Below are positions 37,338-52,100 of a DNA stretch of 64,000 nt, piece after piece. How positions within the stretch are numbered: position 1 is the first letter of the stretch; every line of letters begins with the position of its first letter. The stretch is from Balanoglossus misakiensis. Taxonomy: Eukaryota; Animalia; Hemichordata. The DNA is taken from assembly GCA_040954595.2 (NCBI GenBank), contig CM082577.2, positions 6,312,301-6,376,300 on the forward strand, written 5' to 3'. Made by a program: the position numbers and the translations under genes. Below the pieces are notes generated by a model. The model saw only the letters and a list, made by a program, of their open reading frames with translations, made no database searches and was not told the origin of the DNA.

Positions 37338-40300
37338 AAGTCAATATAGTTGCTATGAATCATGACTCAAGAGTACTCCCCTGTCCTCTAGGTGTTAATA
37401 CACTAGTCTCTCAAATCAATCTACCCGAACTTGTAACTGTCTATCTAGTGCACTTGAACTTGAAGTGATAGGCCAGTAAACGCCACGACAAGTGGACACT
37501 TCAAAACCGATGACAGGCCGGAAGCAAACGAGAGAGACTGATGGAACGTGAATGATAACCGATGAACTCAGGTTGAACAGAACAAGAAATCGCGCTGCTG
37601 AAGGCCACGCCGAAAAAGGGCACGGTAATGTGTTAGAGTTAATCTCTGGTGAGAGAGGGCGAGAGGGGTAAAATGATCAGCCTGGGTCTGCACTCAACCG
37701 TGCCTTCCAGGCTACCGACTTGACCTCGCGGGTCAACCTGTCAAACTCAACTGAAAGAACTCAACGAGAGAGAGCGAGAGAGAGAGGCGAAGGCTTGGAT
37801 TGGAGCAAACCTCATCAGAACCAGGGGCGGCAGTAGTACATGGACAATACCTTTCTACACAATGACGTAATGGCTATCACAGAATCACGTGTAGTCTACT
37901 CGGTGGCTTGTAGTAACAAAGCCGATTCCGGCTACGGGTTTTGTTTCTTTCCCCACCTCCAAATTTTGGCCTACGAATGGGTATACCATTTTCTCAGTTT
38001 TGCGTGCCACCTGTAAACCACATCCAGGTGTAATCTGCCAGATTTGTCTTTGTTTTAGTGTACGGGATGATTCGAAATCCCGAGCTAATAAAGGGGGGAT
38101 CACGTACATCCAGTACACACACCCTGATTTAGGGCGCCATATTTCACCAATATTTTATTTATCTATTTATTTATGTACTACTAGTAGTATTGAATTATTT
38201 ATTTATTTATTTCGTTTTAAAGTACGGTGTTGATAGGCACGGAGCTGATCACAGCCCATGTGCCAAGTTTTGCTGTTAGTAACCCCCTAGCGCCCCGGAT
38301 ATTCATTCCACCGAAGGGACCAAATATTTTGCCCACAAACACAAACCAGAAACGGGAAACTTCCTGGCATTTCCAGACGGGAAGCCGTTACTGTCCCACA
38401 CAGGATCTCGGCTGTCAGCGCAACAGTTGAAAAATTATGACAGGGAAAACAGCTTGCGAGAAGGGCGATAGATACGGAGATATGGGGTCCAGGGCGACGT
38501 TCCGGCAGTCTCAGCATGCGCGCGGACTCGCCACCATTTTACAACAAGGTTAAGCTAGAAACAAAACTATGGCAGTCAGTTACTAGCCGCCCCTGTGTGA
38601 TTTTATTTGGTCGCGTTACAATACTTAATAAATTAAAGAAGAAAAAGGAGAGAGAGAGGGTTCACCAAGTCACCGCGCTGAATCACACTTTTTTTTTTAC
38701 TTGAAGGTTTATTTCTGGTTTTGTAGTAGGTAGTATACGTCTGTCGAATTCTAGTCCGGAATTCACCTAAGCTGAGGGTTATTTCAGAGGAAGCGTATAA
38801 ACGTTTATAGCCCCATTAAAATTTGAAAGATTAGCGATAAAGTGCAGCAACGTAAAGCTGGCTCCATACAATTGACACTGGAGCTCGTCTGACGTTTTGT
38901 GTTCGAATCCGCGTACTGGGAACTCGGGCTGAACTGTCTTATCTCAGAAGATACGCGTATGATTTGGTTTGCTGCGCTCACGTCAACGGTACAATCATAT
39001 CAACACCGCCCATCCCAACTAGTTTTTATCATAGTTAATATAAATAGACCTTATGATAGACAACCAATCGAAGAGATCGCGCTTCTGATTCTAAAGCCAT
39101 AACAACATGCAGTGAATTAAAGTCAATTTGTGCACATTTCGTCCCAGAGCTATATGGTACAGTTGTTTTCAATTGGGGTATATGTGTGATGATTGGAGTC
39201 ACGTACAGGGGAGATTGGGGAGGGGTTGGGCGGAGCGGGGCAAAGAAAGAGTTTCCCCGCTATATTCTGCTGTCGGGTACTAGAGCCCCGTTCGTTGACT
39301 TGGCATTGAGCAGGGCGAGAAGGAATGACAGAAACAAAGTGAAGAGGACCATCAACTTCAATTATCTGGACTTGTCCACACAAAACGAACAATACCTTCC
39401 GGTCGAATAATCAAACACCTCCTCCAAAAAGCAACCGTCGTTATCGTCAGCTCGGGGCTGGGAACGGCAAATATTATCAGGCTTGCTTTAATGTATAATT
39501 CGGTTTGCCTTAACGTCAATATTACTGATACCACGCGGACGTTTTGATTTACTGCCAATCAGAATATATCACTTAGGTTGGTGTGTTTTATGTCTAAATG
39601 TACTGCCAAGCTCTAATCCAAAGTTCAACTCAAAAGTGTCGCCGCGTTAATATATTATAGTCCACACACCAAGATTGGCAATTAAGTCTGCGATATTTCC
39701 TATCCATGAAGGTTTGCATATTATAACTGATCTCAACAAATCAATGAAGTAAACTATGGATTTACAAAGCCAATTTATAAAGTCGACAGTAATGATTGCG
39801 TTTATTTTGACTATCAAATAAACTATTTCCATTTAATTCAACGAGATGTTAATATCGTTCCTGCAAGATACGGCAACATAGGTGGTTATTTATTGAAAGA
39901 GAATGATTCGACAGATTTCTTCCGATCCAGAGCTCGGATTAGTATATGCACAGAGATCTGAATATGACTGATTCCGAGCGCCTTTATACTGAGACGGGTC
40001 AACAAAAATTACTACCCCTTGTGTATGGCTGTGAATATCAGGTATAGGCGTCCATCTCGGTCAAGTCATTCATTTTCGGAGCAATTCTTGACGACTGGGT
40101 GAGTTTTATCTGTTTTTGCCTCTAACTGTCACGGTTGAATCATTCAGATCTTTACACCGCGATCACTCATCTGCAAAAGAATCGTTCAGGCTGCTACCCT
40201 GTTCTTTAGCAGCGTGGCCTTACATCACCCCTGCCGCGCACCGACCTTGTTTTTTCTTCTTCCCAAATCGCCAAATTCTTTCTTTCAATGGAGAATCCAC

Positions 40301-43300
40301 ACACATGAGGGTATTTGCCTCGGGTTTTGTTGACGGTAAACAAAAAAGTGTTATCATGTCAAACGCCACAATGGCACCAAAATAACTCCCGCATCAGGTG
40401 AATCTGCTGAATGTCGTTGTCTTTCACAAAAGCGTCGCTATTTTCACGGGGGAAGGACGCCCTGACTTTCTTTATGACCTTGAGCAATGCGAAACCAACT
40501 GATTGATTTTAAAAGAACAACATCTTCATCTATTCTCGCTATCCCGAGAAAGAAAAATTGCATTGACTAATTATTTTTCTGTCTCCACAGGTCTGTACTC
40601 CCGAAAAAAAAGTCGCTCAACTGACAAGTCTACTGCCCATGTAAATCCAAGGTTAACAGACTGGAACGTTTGTTATGTGTTTATTTCTCTGCTCTTTTGT
40701 GAAAATAGTGTCAGCTTTTTGTAATTTATCGTGATGAAAGTGTATCTCTTCCAAAAATATGCCCTTTGAGATTTTTTAACAACCGTAAACAACGTAAACA
40801 GTGGCGTGCAATCGGGGTTGTTTTCGACGTTGTTTTCCATGCAATGTTTCGCAAGTGTCAAAGGGGTCTGCGTGTCACAAATACCACCTGTTGGCTGATC
40901 ACGGAGTTTCCTCATACAACCCCGTTGTTGTGGTGGTATTGGTGGTTGTGTTCATTTTTTAAAATGAAAACACACTATTTTAGCGAGACACCGTGCGGTC
41001 CCATCCCCCGAAACACCGCAGATCGCCTGATCGTTTCTTTTTAATTAAGGGTGGGTGACGAAACGCGTGGAATTTGCTCAAACTGTGCAATTTTGAAGCT
41101 ATGGTTCACCGCTTCCCGGGGCACGGGATGATGGCACCGAGCGTCTATTTCGCCAGTTATTATGTTACAGACAAAAAACGAGAAGAGAGTTTAGGGAGAC
41201 TTCCAGAGACACGGGTACAAAAGCCGCCGGGTAGACATAATAGAGTATGATGACCCGGAGATCTTTTGTGAGAGCTCTTCTTTTGTGTGCAGGGGCACAA
41301 GGTAAGACACACACACTCGAAAGATCGTGTTGTGGACGCGGCAAGAAGTGCTACACCTCAACACTCCCGACGGGTTTCGGCTTACACCAATCAACAAAGT
41401 ATTTAAGCCACCCCCCCCCCCTTTTGACCGTTAGAGCGGCGACCGTGACTTCAAAATGACTTCGAGTCGTCAGTCAAGTTCATCGATGACTTCACAAGCA
41501 AAGCAAGCCGCGTTGCTGGCGGGTGCGTCAGAAAGTCAACCGCGAGAGAGGGAGACTTCTTCGCATTTCCCAGACCGTCTATTCTAGGCATTAAATGTTC
41601 AAATCGCTGTAACAAAAGTAACGCAGGCATTCGAAATAAAAACTTTGAACCTGAAGTCCACCGATACAAAAATGGCGACGACATTCTAAAGTCACTCAGG
41701 TCTGGGGGCCAATATTTCCTTCTCCCATGCGCGAAGGTAAATATGCCGCCCGGATGTTAATACATTTTGGGCGATTTTTTATTATTAAATCATAACTGCG
41801 CGTCAAACTCATATTTGATGACGTGTTGATTTATGTTGAGTTATTGGAATGATAAACAAAACGTGAAGTGGAAAATCGTTTTTGGCACCGGTGTATTAAA
41901 CGCCCACGCCAAACACTGATTTCACTTGTGATTTTCCACAGAAAAAAAAATGTAAAAGGCCTCGTTCGTGAACAAGAGAAGCAAGGAAAACACCAGGCTT
42001 ACTCCTGGGAATATTAACGGGTAGTGTTGATGACATTTACGGGTAAAATGAAGCAAGACAGGCGAACGACTCAAAACACGAGGGAGTCTTAAAATTTGGA
42101 ATGGATATAGCTGGGCAGGTACATTGACAGCGATGCGCAACACCGCTTTTAAGGACACCGCGAAGGTCGCGGGGAATCGACTCGAAGAATCAGAGCAGAG
42201 TACACTAAACGTGTCCATCAGCACACTGGTGGATGAAAACAACCTGAAAGGAAAAATAACAACTATGACCCCAACAAACGGCATCAACACTATAGCGAGT
42301 TACCTAAAAAGCAAATGATGTAACTGTGCATTTAGAGGGCGTGACGAATATTACTTCAGTGACGAGTGCCGCGCCGGGCCGGGCCCCGCTGGTGTGACTG
42401 GCCGGTAAACGTTACCCTAACACGAACCCCGAGAAACTCTTGTTCTTCTATACAAGGCATAAACATTTGTCGACTTTTAGCGGGGTAAATTACTCTGTGA
42501 CGTAGTGTGTGCCACAGGTGATATTTTAGAATAACGAACACACACCGCTGGTGCCAACCTGGCTGGCGAAACCAACTTGCCCCTATCAAACAACTGTTAC
42601 GCTAGATCGTTTTTACCGAGTCAGAAAAAAAGGCAGCTTATCTAATGTTACTTGAGGAATATTTGAGAAGCGTACCCGCTTAGTCCAGAATCGATAGAAA
42701 ATTGATATTCGTGTATTTTTTTCACGTAACCCATTAACGATCAAGCGTCAGATCTTCACAGTGGATGCAACATTTCAATTCTGTCGCCAGAAAGTGTTTT
42801 TATTCTGACGACTGTTTCCTGAATCGATTTTTTTACTCAAACATTTTGTCGACGCTTCTTTAAACAGTGCCAAACAGACTAGAAAGTTTATGTCATGTCA
42901 GCATGGGCACAGATTCAATGGGGAAGACAATTGCTTTGTCCGTTTGGCTTGAGGGGCGAACGGTATATATAATATCCCGAATACACCCACTTGCAAAAAC
43001 CATCAACCTAAGGTTTCTGACCGCCACACCTAGCATCGCGCATATTGTTCGAGTCCAAACTTGATCAATCAGACGTGTAAGATACTTCAATCGATGGACA
43101 AGAAGAATCCGAGACTTAAAGAGGCGCTCGGGGTTCGGCATGGGGGAACAGATTGATTCATTGGAGGTGATGGGTGTCAGACGGAGGAGGCGGTCAAGAC
43201 ACTTCTAGGAATGTGCGTTCTAATTTAATTATGGACAGAACATTCCACAGAGAGAAAGAGACAGCTAGCTACCCTCAAGTCGCGTTCTGAGCTCAAATGA

Positions 43301-44578
43301 TTGCCCCCTCCCCCAAATCGTCGTCACAAAAACGCATTGCTACACACATCCATTCTGTTCCCCGTAAAGAGTGCGCTATGACACATCGGCCCAAGTCTTG
43401 CGAGTTCAGTTTCGTGGCCAACCAACTGATCGGTGCGTTAGCCGCAGTGTTCAGTTGTTGTCATAGGTTTACACACAAACACCGGGACCTGTAGTCAAAA
43501 CACGGTAGTCAGAAAAGGCAAACTTAAAAGTCGCCCCCTCCCCCGCCAACATTAAAGCCTCTAAAACAGCTTTTAAAGTCAACCCTACACGTCTGCAGAG
43601 AGGGGGGACATGCGTCTTGCTGCGATTCACATGGCCATATGACACCCGAGAACACCTTTTACGTTTGTTAGCTTAAGAACCAATATGGATGACCAAAATA
43701 GGCATCCATATGTACGCTGGGTCTGGTCTTTGTGCGCAAATAATCAGCCTTGACCCCAGAGGTCAAGTAAGCTGTAACCGATACCACATTAGTAAACTGC
43801 GCACACAATCTCCGACTGAAATCTAATTTAAAGTCAATACCCATTTTTTTGAAGTCGTGTAAAATGCTCCACACACATACTCTGAGATGTTTGGATTAAA
43901 TTGAAAAGAGTGAGGGGTGAAGAATTTCAACAAGTTTGGCGTGAAAGTGTGTGATCCGCAGGTCTTCAAGATTTGACTTGTTACCTGCTGTAACAGGTTG
44001 GCGCGCCGCGCAAACCGGGGATGGGGGAGCCACACAGTCCCGCGCTTCGGCAAATACGAGCTCACGTCACCCGTCGCAGTCGGTCAATTAAATGGTGGTT
44101 AGCGAAAACACATAAACATATTCCAGTCTGAGAGATGATTGCGAGTGGAGAGAGCGGGTGGAGAGAGGGGGGAGGGAGAGAATGGGAGATAGTACTCACA
44201 TAAGAACAAGAAATGGGGACAAGCAAAAACATTACATAGCCCCGACAAAACAATGCATGGACATTCTGTCCAGGCAACGGTAAGATAAGAAAGGGTTCTG
44301 ACTCCCAGCCTATGCCGCAGTTCTAACGGGACGATCAGAAGAAAAGTGATTTGAAATCTTATGAGGTTTGATACAACATTGCAAACACTTTCATATACAA
44401 ACAATACTGATGCTTGCCGTGGGGTTCACAACATTGCAATCTGGACATGTACCCGATTAATATCTGTTTCACCTGTATCACGGTCACAAAACGGTAGGTT
44501 TTTCAGAATGCTGTAAGGGGTAGCATAAGAAACTGTGGTTTATGGTTGGCACACTGACAAATAATGGAAAGTTGCTGT

Positions 44579-44602
44579 AAGTTACAGCTTCTGTCCCTTT
44601 AA
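44579..44602 (-). mobile_element. TTAAAGGGACA-type transposon terminus (same family as 45636)
   Basis: The reverse complement TTAAAGGGACAGAAGCTGTAACTT matches 45636-45659 TTAAAGGGACACTAGATGTAACTT at 21/24. Confidence 0.55.
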
Positions 44603-45635
44603 TGGTGTACCAGCACGACAGAACTTGGCCTGTTGTATAAAGACGAGCCAGGATGCAGAAACTTGGCGGGGGCTACTGATCGTCCTGGGAAGAACAAGTG
44701 GAGGCGGTGCACAGGTGTGATGGCACAAAGAAGTGTGAAGTTCGCGATAAGTTGATCGCGCCACGCTTTGGTTGAAGTGAAACACTGGCCGATGAATGCT
44801 CATGAACAGAAAAAGGAGCACCGTGTCTTTTCAAACCCGATCTTCAAGTAACAATCTGGTTTCACTCAACATGTAGGTCCAGTAACAAGGATCATGAAGC
44901 GGCGATGTCAAGCGCATTGTGAAGGCCTTTGAATACAATGTTATTACACCAATAGCAGGAGAGTGCCTCGAACTTATGAGCTGAAAGGGGGACTTTCAAA
45001 AGGGGCACATGCATTTATCTTCGGCTATTCGTTAATTGGAGTTCCAGCGCGGTGCTGGAGTGTACTAAACAGCGTTCTGTGGTAGGTGGGTGGAGGGGGG
45101 GGGGGGGGTCACCGGAGCCCGGCTTATAAGCCGCGGGAATCTCGCTGGATCCGCCAAAGAAAAACCCACAGTGACCCCTGGCAAAATCTCCCGTCATATC
45201 GCACGTACACCCCTGGTCTTTCCATTGTGCGGAGCTGCACAGATCGACTTGAAATCGTGTCTTGGGGCAATTATGCATTATCTGGACGGAGAATAGAATG
45301 AAAACCGTACGTGTCGCCGCATTGTGTTCCCGGCACTAGGCTTGTATGTGACTCTGAGGGGGCGGGGCTTTGTGACGGGGAGAGAATGAGCGGAATACAT
45401 AACGAGATCGCTGCATGCATGGGTATGGGAAGTGTCGCTGAAACAGAAGTCGGTGTAATGACCTGTATCACGGCTTCATACGTCACTTCCCACTTTGTTC
45501 GTCAAGAAACCGGAGAAAGTTTGTATATTACTTTATGGAAAGTAAGAAACACTACACTATAGTTGATAGGAGACTAACTACTCAAGCAATTACGCCTGTT
45601 CTTAGATATTCATCTTGGTTTGTTTACTGTGAGTT

Positions 45636-46104
45636 TTAAAGGGACACTAGATGTAACTTTTTACGGGTCTATGTCTTCCTGTCGTGGGCATTAAAGACCC
45701 TTTAGCTGTGTCATTTTGCCCATTTACCAAAAACCTCCACCTAATCCTTGGAGATGTCTGTTGGATTCTCGTCATTATTATTTAAATGCCTGGCGATTGG
45801 GTCGCCAGATTCAGGCGTTCACACGTATATTTTAAATGTGGCACCGTTTTGAAACAGATCACGTGACAGAGAACGCTTAGAGAACAAGAGACACGAAATG
45901 TGCACCTCTCTCTCTCTCCCTCGAAGGGAGAAAAGATAAACATGGAAAACGGTATACCCGGATTCTCCACCATTGTCATATATCACTAGGCCTTTTGTCT
46001 CTGCATGGAATTGTTTGCCGGGAAACAAATGCGATATACCATTTAGCATAATACTAAAAGAACTAAATACTGTCACGTGATAGTAATTATTGTTGTTCCT
46101 TTAA
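45636..46104. mobile_element. Putative TTAA-flanked MITE (Kolobok/T2-like TTAAAGG ends)
   Basis: Left end TTAAAGGGACAC; candidate right end GTTGTTCCTTTAA (46092-46104). A further TTAAAGGGACACT begins at 46182. Confidence 0.4.
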
Positions 46105-49100
46105 TGCACCGCGACAATCAAACAGAGTGTGTAGTTATAGCATTTCATTGTCTCATATGTAGATTTTCGAGAAGAAAGACTTTAAAGGGACACTCTCACA
46201 GTCGTAGACATGCAAATACTTTGATGATATAATTTTGGGTACACACCAGAAATTCTCATTGGAGATATTACGTTTCATGTATATGTGTCAGGAAGTAACT
46301 AGGGAGATCGTAACTAGAGCTTGGATAACGGGAATTTCCGCTAAGGAGATAACAAAAAGAAAGTTTAACAGGAAACAAAAACATTGTACCAGATTATAGT
46401 GTCAAAGGTAGCGACTTTTCCCCTGGAAGAGTCGCATACTTGCACGACTGCGGCGTGTGTTTTGCTTGTAGGCAATTTGCATAGCTCAGGCCAGTGCCTT
46501 CACACTTACTCTAATTTTAACTGGTGAATCAACTCCGTGACCGTACAAAGGAAGCTGTCAAGATGTTGACACACAGGAGTACATCTTTATTGCATAACAA
46601 CACACTTCTGGAAGCGTGGCAATGTCCGCTGGGGACTGCAATACTTTATATTAGTATAGACCTCTTCACGGTTTGCCCATTGACTTTGTGGCAGAAGGTC
46701 TATCTGCCGATTACAAAAGAACTTACACGATTAAACTTTTCATGCGCCATGGAAATCTAGCTTCCGAGGGAATGGTGGTGTTTCTTCAATTAGTTTGGAT
46801 TTCAGAGAATTGTTCTTTAAACGAAAAGAGACCTTAGTCGTGTTAGATCACTGAATTTAATGCATTTTGTCGCTTGTAAGCTGTGAACACATGAAGATAA
46901 AGGCTTATCATTTCTGGCAACGGTATAGGAACTCAGTGCCCGGGTTGATGTATGCATCGTTCTATAAACACAACTGGAATTAGTTTGTGATTATAAGATA
47001 TACAGAAATATCGTTCAAATCAACTGAATTACACGAAGAATTGCATTGACGTTTTCGTTTTCTTGAAAACAGCCCTGCATTCCACCTTTTCAATAAAAAC
47101 TCGCGCAGCACATCATTCCAGCGATTTCCGAAACAGTCGACTATTAGTTTCTTGCTCTGTTTCCCGCTACAAGAATATGTAGTCAAAATATAGTCAATAG
47201 TTACATACATCACTCTCACAACGTTTGCAAGATGAATCGAGGTGAAGACTCTACGTAATTCCATTCTCGCTTTCACAGACCTTCTAGTTAATTTGAATAT
47301 AAGATTCGACTGTACGTATAACGACTGACGTATGCTTTGTAGCTTTTCATCGCAGGAAAGGTTCGCGGTGTTCCAGAACTATGAACACCGATAACTCCAA
47401 TTGTATTAGACAAAATAACGTCAAAAGATAGCGACTTGTCCTCATTATTGTGGGTCTATTATCCAAAATAATCAAAGTCGTGGATCTAATTACAGCCAAA
47501 CACCGCAAACCAATCATTCATTCGCCTGACACATTGTCATAGACACGTTAAAAACCCATTTTGAAATCACACACAAAAAAGTACGCGAAAGGGCATGATG
47601 GGCGTCGCTCATCCCAGTTGTGTGGGTCCATTAATGATTTTGTTTAAATAAAACCAACGGTAAGATTTTATCCCTTAACAAGTGTGTCGCAAAAGGCTTG
47701 ATGTATTGGGGCTATTTCGGCCTACCTTTGTGAGCGGCTCTAACATGCTAAGTCAACCGAGATAACTTGCACCAACGCATCTAAAGGTGGGCAATATTGT
47801 TGGCTTTGAGATAAACCACTCTGCCAGACAGAAGTGGATTGCGGCCCCGTGATGGGAATAAGCTTCCAGAGGCATTGTCCGAAAATGACGCCAATGGTTT
47901 GGCTATTTCTTTGGCCGGAGAAAGACACTGGGCACCGAACGATATGGACTTCTAGCCACGTCCAAAGAGGCAAAAAAGAAGGGCGTTTAGCTGCAAACAA
48001 CGATACGCCCATTGCCGCTGCAGACATCGCTTCAGATCTCACTCTTAGAGGGGGGAAAAACTCATCCGCCATGTCAAACAAACATTTAAAGGTTCACTAG
48101 CGATCAACGCTATCGGTTTGAAACGCAACGGGTCCAGGGGACTGGCGACCCACTCGCTGGGGGACAATTTTATTCTCGCGGCATGTACAGGCCTAATAAC
48201 ACACCGGGGTCAGCGGTGTCGAGTCGTTAAACGTAAAATTTCATTAACTTAGACAGCTCGGGTCAAGTGATCTAAATTAACTCTATATCTAAGTATGCTC
48301 GACTAAATTCAGCAGATTGGTAAACGTTGAATCATTTGTGTATAGTTTGCATTGAAATACAGAAACTGTTAAGGTCCAAGCACTTTGTATGTTTCTTTTT
48401 TCGCCTGCTTTTGATTAAGTGGATACAACATGGCAATTTGCAATGTTATATTTCGTGCAATGTGATACACAATAAAAACAAAGCAAACTGGCTCGTCGAG
48501 AAAGGCAGAGTCACGAATCAGTACTGTTTAAAACTCATCAAAACAGTACTCAAGTCTTGATATGTCATATCAGTGATACTGTGACCGGACCCGGAAGAAT
48601 TATAGACTGAAATTCACACACAAAGGCGTGGACAGTTGATCAGTTTAATCTACAAGCAAATTGATCTACTCCATAAACGTTTCAACGGGAAAGGACAGAA
48701 GCCATCATGTAAATAATCAATGTCCACAAGAACAAATGTGACAATGCGGGATTGAAGGATGATAAAGCTCTATTGACATTGTTTTATTTACTTTTTTGCA
48801 TGACACAAGTATTATTTATTATATTTGTTTTATTGTATTATATTCAGTGAATTATTTTGTGCGCGCTGAAACATAGAATGCCCTTGCATTCTGCTTGTAG
48901 ATATAGCATAAAGATATTTCTAAGACATGATTTAGGCTAAATGCTAAAATTGAGGCATGTATAATACGGAGTACGAGTTTAGCCCTAGTAGTGTTGATAA
49001 ATTAACTCGGGACCCAAATTCAGTTTCCAATAATTACAATCGCAACTAGAGCCTATGGTGTATACAGAACACTGGTTTCTTGCCAACCATCGATGTTGTC

Positions 49101-52100
49101 AACTATTATGCAAGCAAATGAAATGCGAAAGTGAAAGTGTCAAGCAAATCAAAAGTTATTATGCGTTTGAAAGAATAGCGTGGAAGATGAAAGCGGACCC
49201 AGTCTGTGGTATGGATAAAAACAGAACATGGACGGAAGTACAACACCCATCGTCTGCGTTTACGTGCCGGTTGTTTAGTGGTCTGTTGGTATATAGTTCA
49301 ACGGACAAGACACATTACAGCCAGTGGCCCTTTAAACGTTCAACGCTCTTGTTTAGCGTTAAACTCCACGCCACGCCCCCGAGGTCCGAATCATCTGTTT
49401 TTGCCATTTCCATAAAATAAGCGGAGCCCGAAAAAAAACCAAACAACAACTTCGGACGGAGCGGTGGAAGACAACTTGGCGTGCTATAGGAGAGTAACAC
49501 TGAACACGCTTGTTAACTTTCCCACAGCAGACCACACGCACATCGATCCAGATGATTTTAATATCGCCAATAATTTTATGTGTGCAACCCTGACACTAAA
49601 TTCCCAAAAGCCTGCGCAGGGTACGGCTGCCTTAATTTTGTAACGACCATCAATTCTCACAGGCCGTTGATGAGATCTTGCAGGGTTTAAAACCAGACCT
49701 GTTAGGTGCAGTGCAGTACTGACCCCCTAACGTCATCGAGAATCCCAACCTGCAATCCAGTGTGATGATGTATGTTCACGGCTAGCTGCGGAATTCTCTC
49801 TCCGGCTACCCGGTAATTACCCTCGCTGTTTGCTGTCCAAATTACAGGGGTACAGCCCAGCTTAGCCAAGGTCACCGCCTGAATGAAATTCGCGCGATGA
49901 ATAAGAATCCTTGACTGAAACAATCCCGGGCGTCCCGTGGCTGACAAAAGGGCCAGGAGAATATACTTGAAAGTGCATTGGTACGGGACAAACGCTTGAC
50001 CACGGTCCCTTCATAGATGGACCGCGGCTTGACACACCGCGATTCTCCCTGTCCTCTCCGTCTCAAGTTACAGCCTATACCTACCCTTGTCAGACTGCGA
50101 CGCGTAATTGCACGATACCAGTAGTCTGAGTACAAGTTAAACCAACTCTTACGTCCCCCCGCACAAGCTTGTAATGAACACTCGTGGAATGAGAGGCAAA
50201 TGAGTATTGAAATACTTCATATTTTTTAATCAGGCCAGTTATGCAGGAAGTTGGTGGGACAGTGCATAGTGAATGGTGCGGCGAACAGCCCCAGTTCACA
50301 CACCAACGTAATTATGAACTTTCACGGATTTGAAAGAGAAAGCAGAATCAAGCCTAGCCAAAATAAGATAGGCCTAATACATATTATACCTGACGACGGA
50401 AGTGTGGTTATTTTTTACCCATTCATATAGGGGGGAAATCTGACCAGCGGAAAATTGCATCATATATTAACCATCAACAAATGACACTGCCCCATTACAG
50501 ACTTAAATGTTTCTCCTGTTTAGTAAACTGCGCAATCAATTTCATGGTTAAGCTTAGCGTAAACGTTTCTGCCGTGGAATTCCCCGTTAAATTTTGACGT
50601 ATGACGTGTGAATCTAGCCTGCCTCCATCTAACTCCAGCTGATCCCTGGTCTGCGGGGATTTCCATGGCGACCAGACACGGACTTATAACAACAAATAAA
50701 ATGTGCAAGAGTCGGTCACCGATAGTGTTACGGTGCCTATCAGGTAACAGTGGTTGAAACTGTGCAGTGGGCGTACTTGGACAGAGCCGTTCCTCAGTTC
50801 CTCGGTGAGGTTTGACCTACATCGGCGGAAGCGCTGGGCCCCCGCCGCGGCTATTATTTACGGCCGAGGGAAAGTGCGAAAACGCTTGTCAAGAGCATGG
50901 GGCCAGTTGTAAAGTATCACATGCATTGATCGGGTAGAGCTGTCAACGAGCCCTTTATGCGCCCGGCTGAAAAATGAAGCGAGGACACACAGCGGTGCTC
51001 AATGGGCGGCCTGACAGGGCAACCCTGCGTTCAAGTGAGCTTTGTCAAGTCCCGGCGACGTCTGACCGCTGAACTGGCAGCACAAAAAGCGCGATTATAG
51101 GCGAGGGCAATTTTCCGGGCGAGAAAATACTTGAGCGGGACCCGCGAGGATCCTCTATAGTATCTCGAGGACTTCCCCGACACAATAAATTGATCAATAT
51201 TGATCTTGTAAATGATCACTCGAGGAATCATTAAAAAACGACCGAGACTCGCACGAGTGGGCGACGACGCAGCCAGTTCTGGCCAACCTGTCAAAACTTG
51301 AAAATATGTGAATGAAAAAAAAACGTGTATGCTCGGGTTTACGTCGCATTTGTCAGAAAATCCCATTTGTCAAGCGCCTAACTGGACAACGAGTGAGATT
51401 CGGCGATTTCCAAACAAAGCATTCCTTGCATTTGTGCTCCAGGGCATTTGTTTGAACTCTGTAAGTTTATTTTTCGTATTACACAGACCACCGGGCAGGT
51501 AAGACAAAAAAAGTCCAGAATTCGAAAAAAGTTTGCCGAGAGAAAAAGTGTGAACAAGTTAGGCGGATGCCTGGTTTTACTCTGTGGTCATTTCTGTGTA
51601 TATTTTTGCGACTGTCATCGGGAACGTTGGGCCAGAGTCATTTTGTCCGTTTTCCGCCTGACCCAGTTTTCTGTCCGAAGAATTTATTTGACTATCTGAC
51701 CTGTCCCGACGGGTTCACACCTAGATTTGTGTGTCTGTCAGCGATAAATATTTTGCAAGTTCTGCCCACAAGAGTCTGAGTAACCGTGTTACAGGTCTTC
51801 AAGATAAGCAAGATGGTTAGGAACGCAATTAATTCTCCCTGTCTTCCCCCAATGACACCATTTGGTCAACTCAGAGTCTGTACCACTGTTTTGGTTCTTA
51901 TATCTGACCAACACTCGCGTCTGTTGCACGATAAGCCTTCTATCTGCAAAAGTTCGTAAAGCGCCCGGGACATGTTACTGCCATGGCGGCGCGTTTGTAG
52001 CGTAATGTGTGTCGTCTGCTCGCAGTCGAGGCAAATTTTCGACTTCAACAAATCCCTCGCACGCATACACCCGTTACCCAATCGCTGTACACCCGGTACC

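Noticed and set aside
38901-38910. Pol III B-box-like GTTCGAATCC (similar words at ~8583 and ~52921)
   Set aside because: No A box or cloverleaf could be built, so not called tRNA or SINE.
51192-51205. 14-bp palindrome GATCAATATTGATC; also short stems at 2275-2308 and 48520-48550
   Set aside because: Lengths are within chance expectation for this window size.
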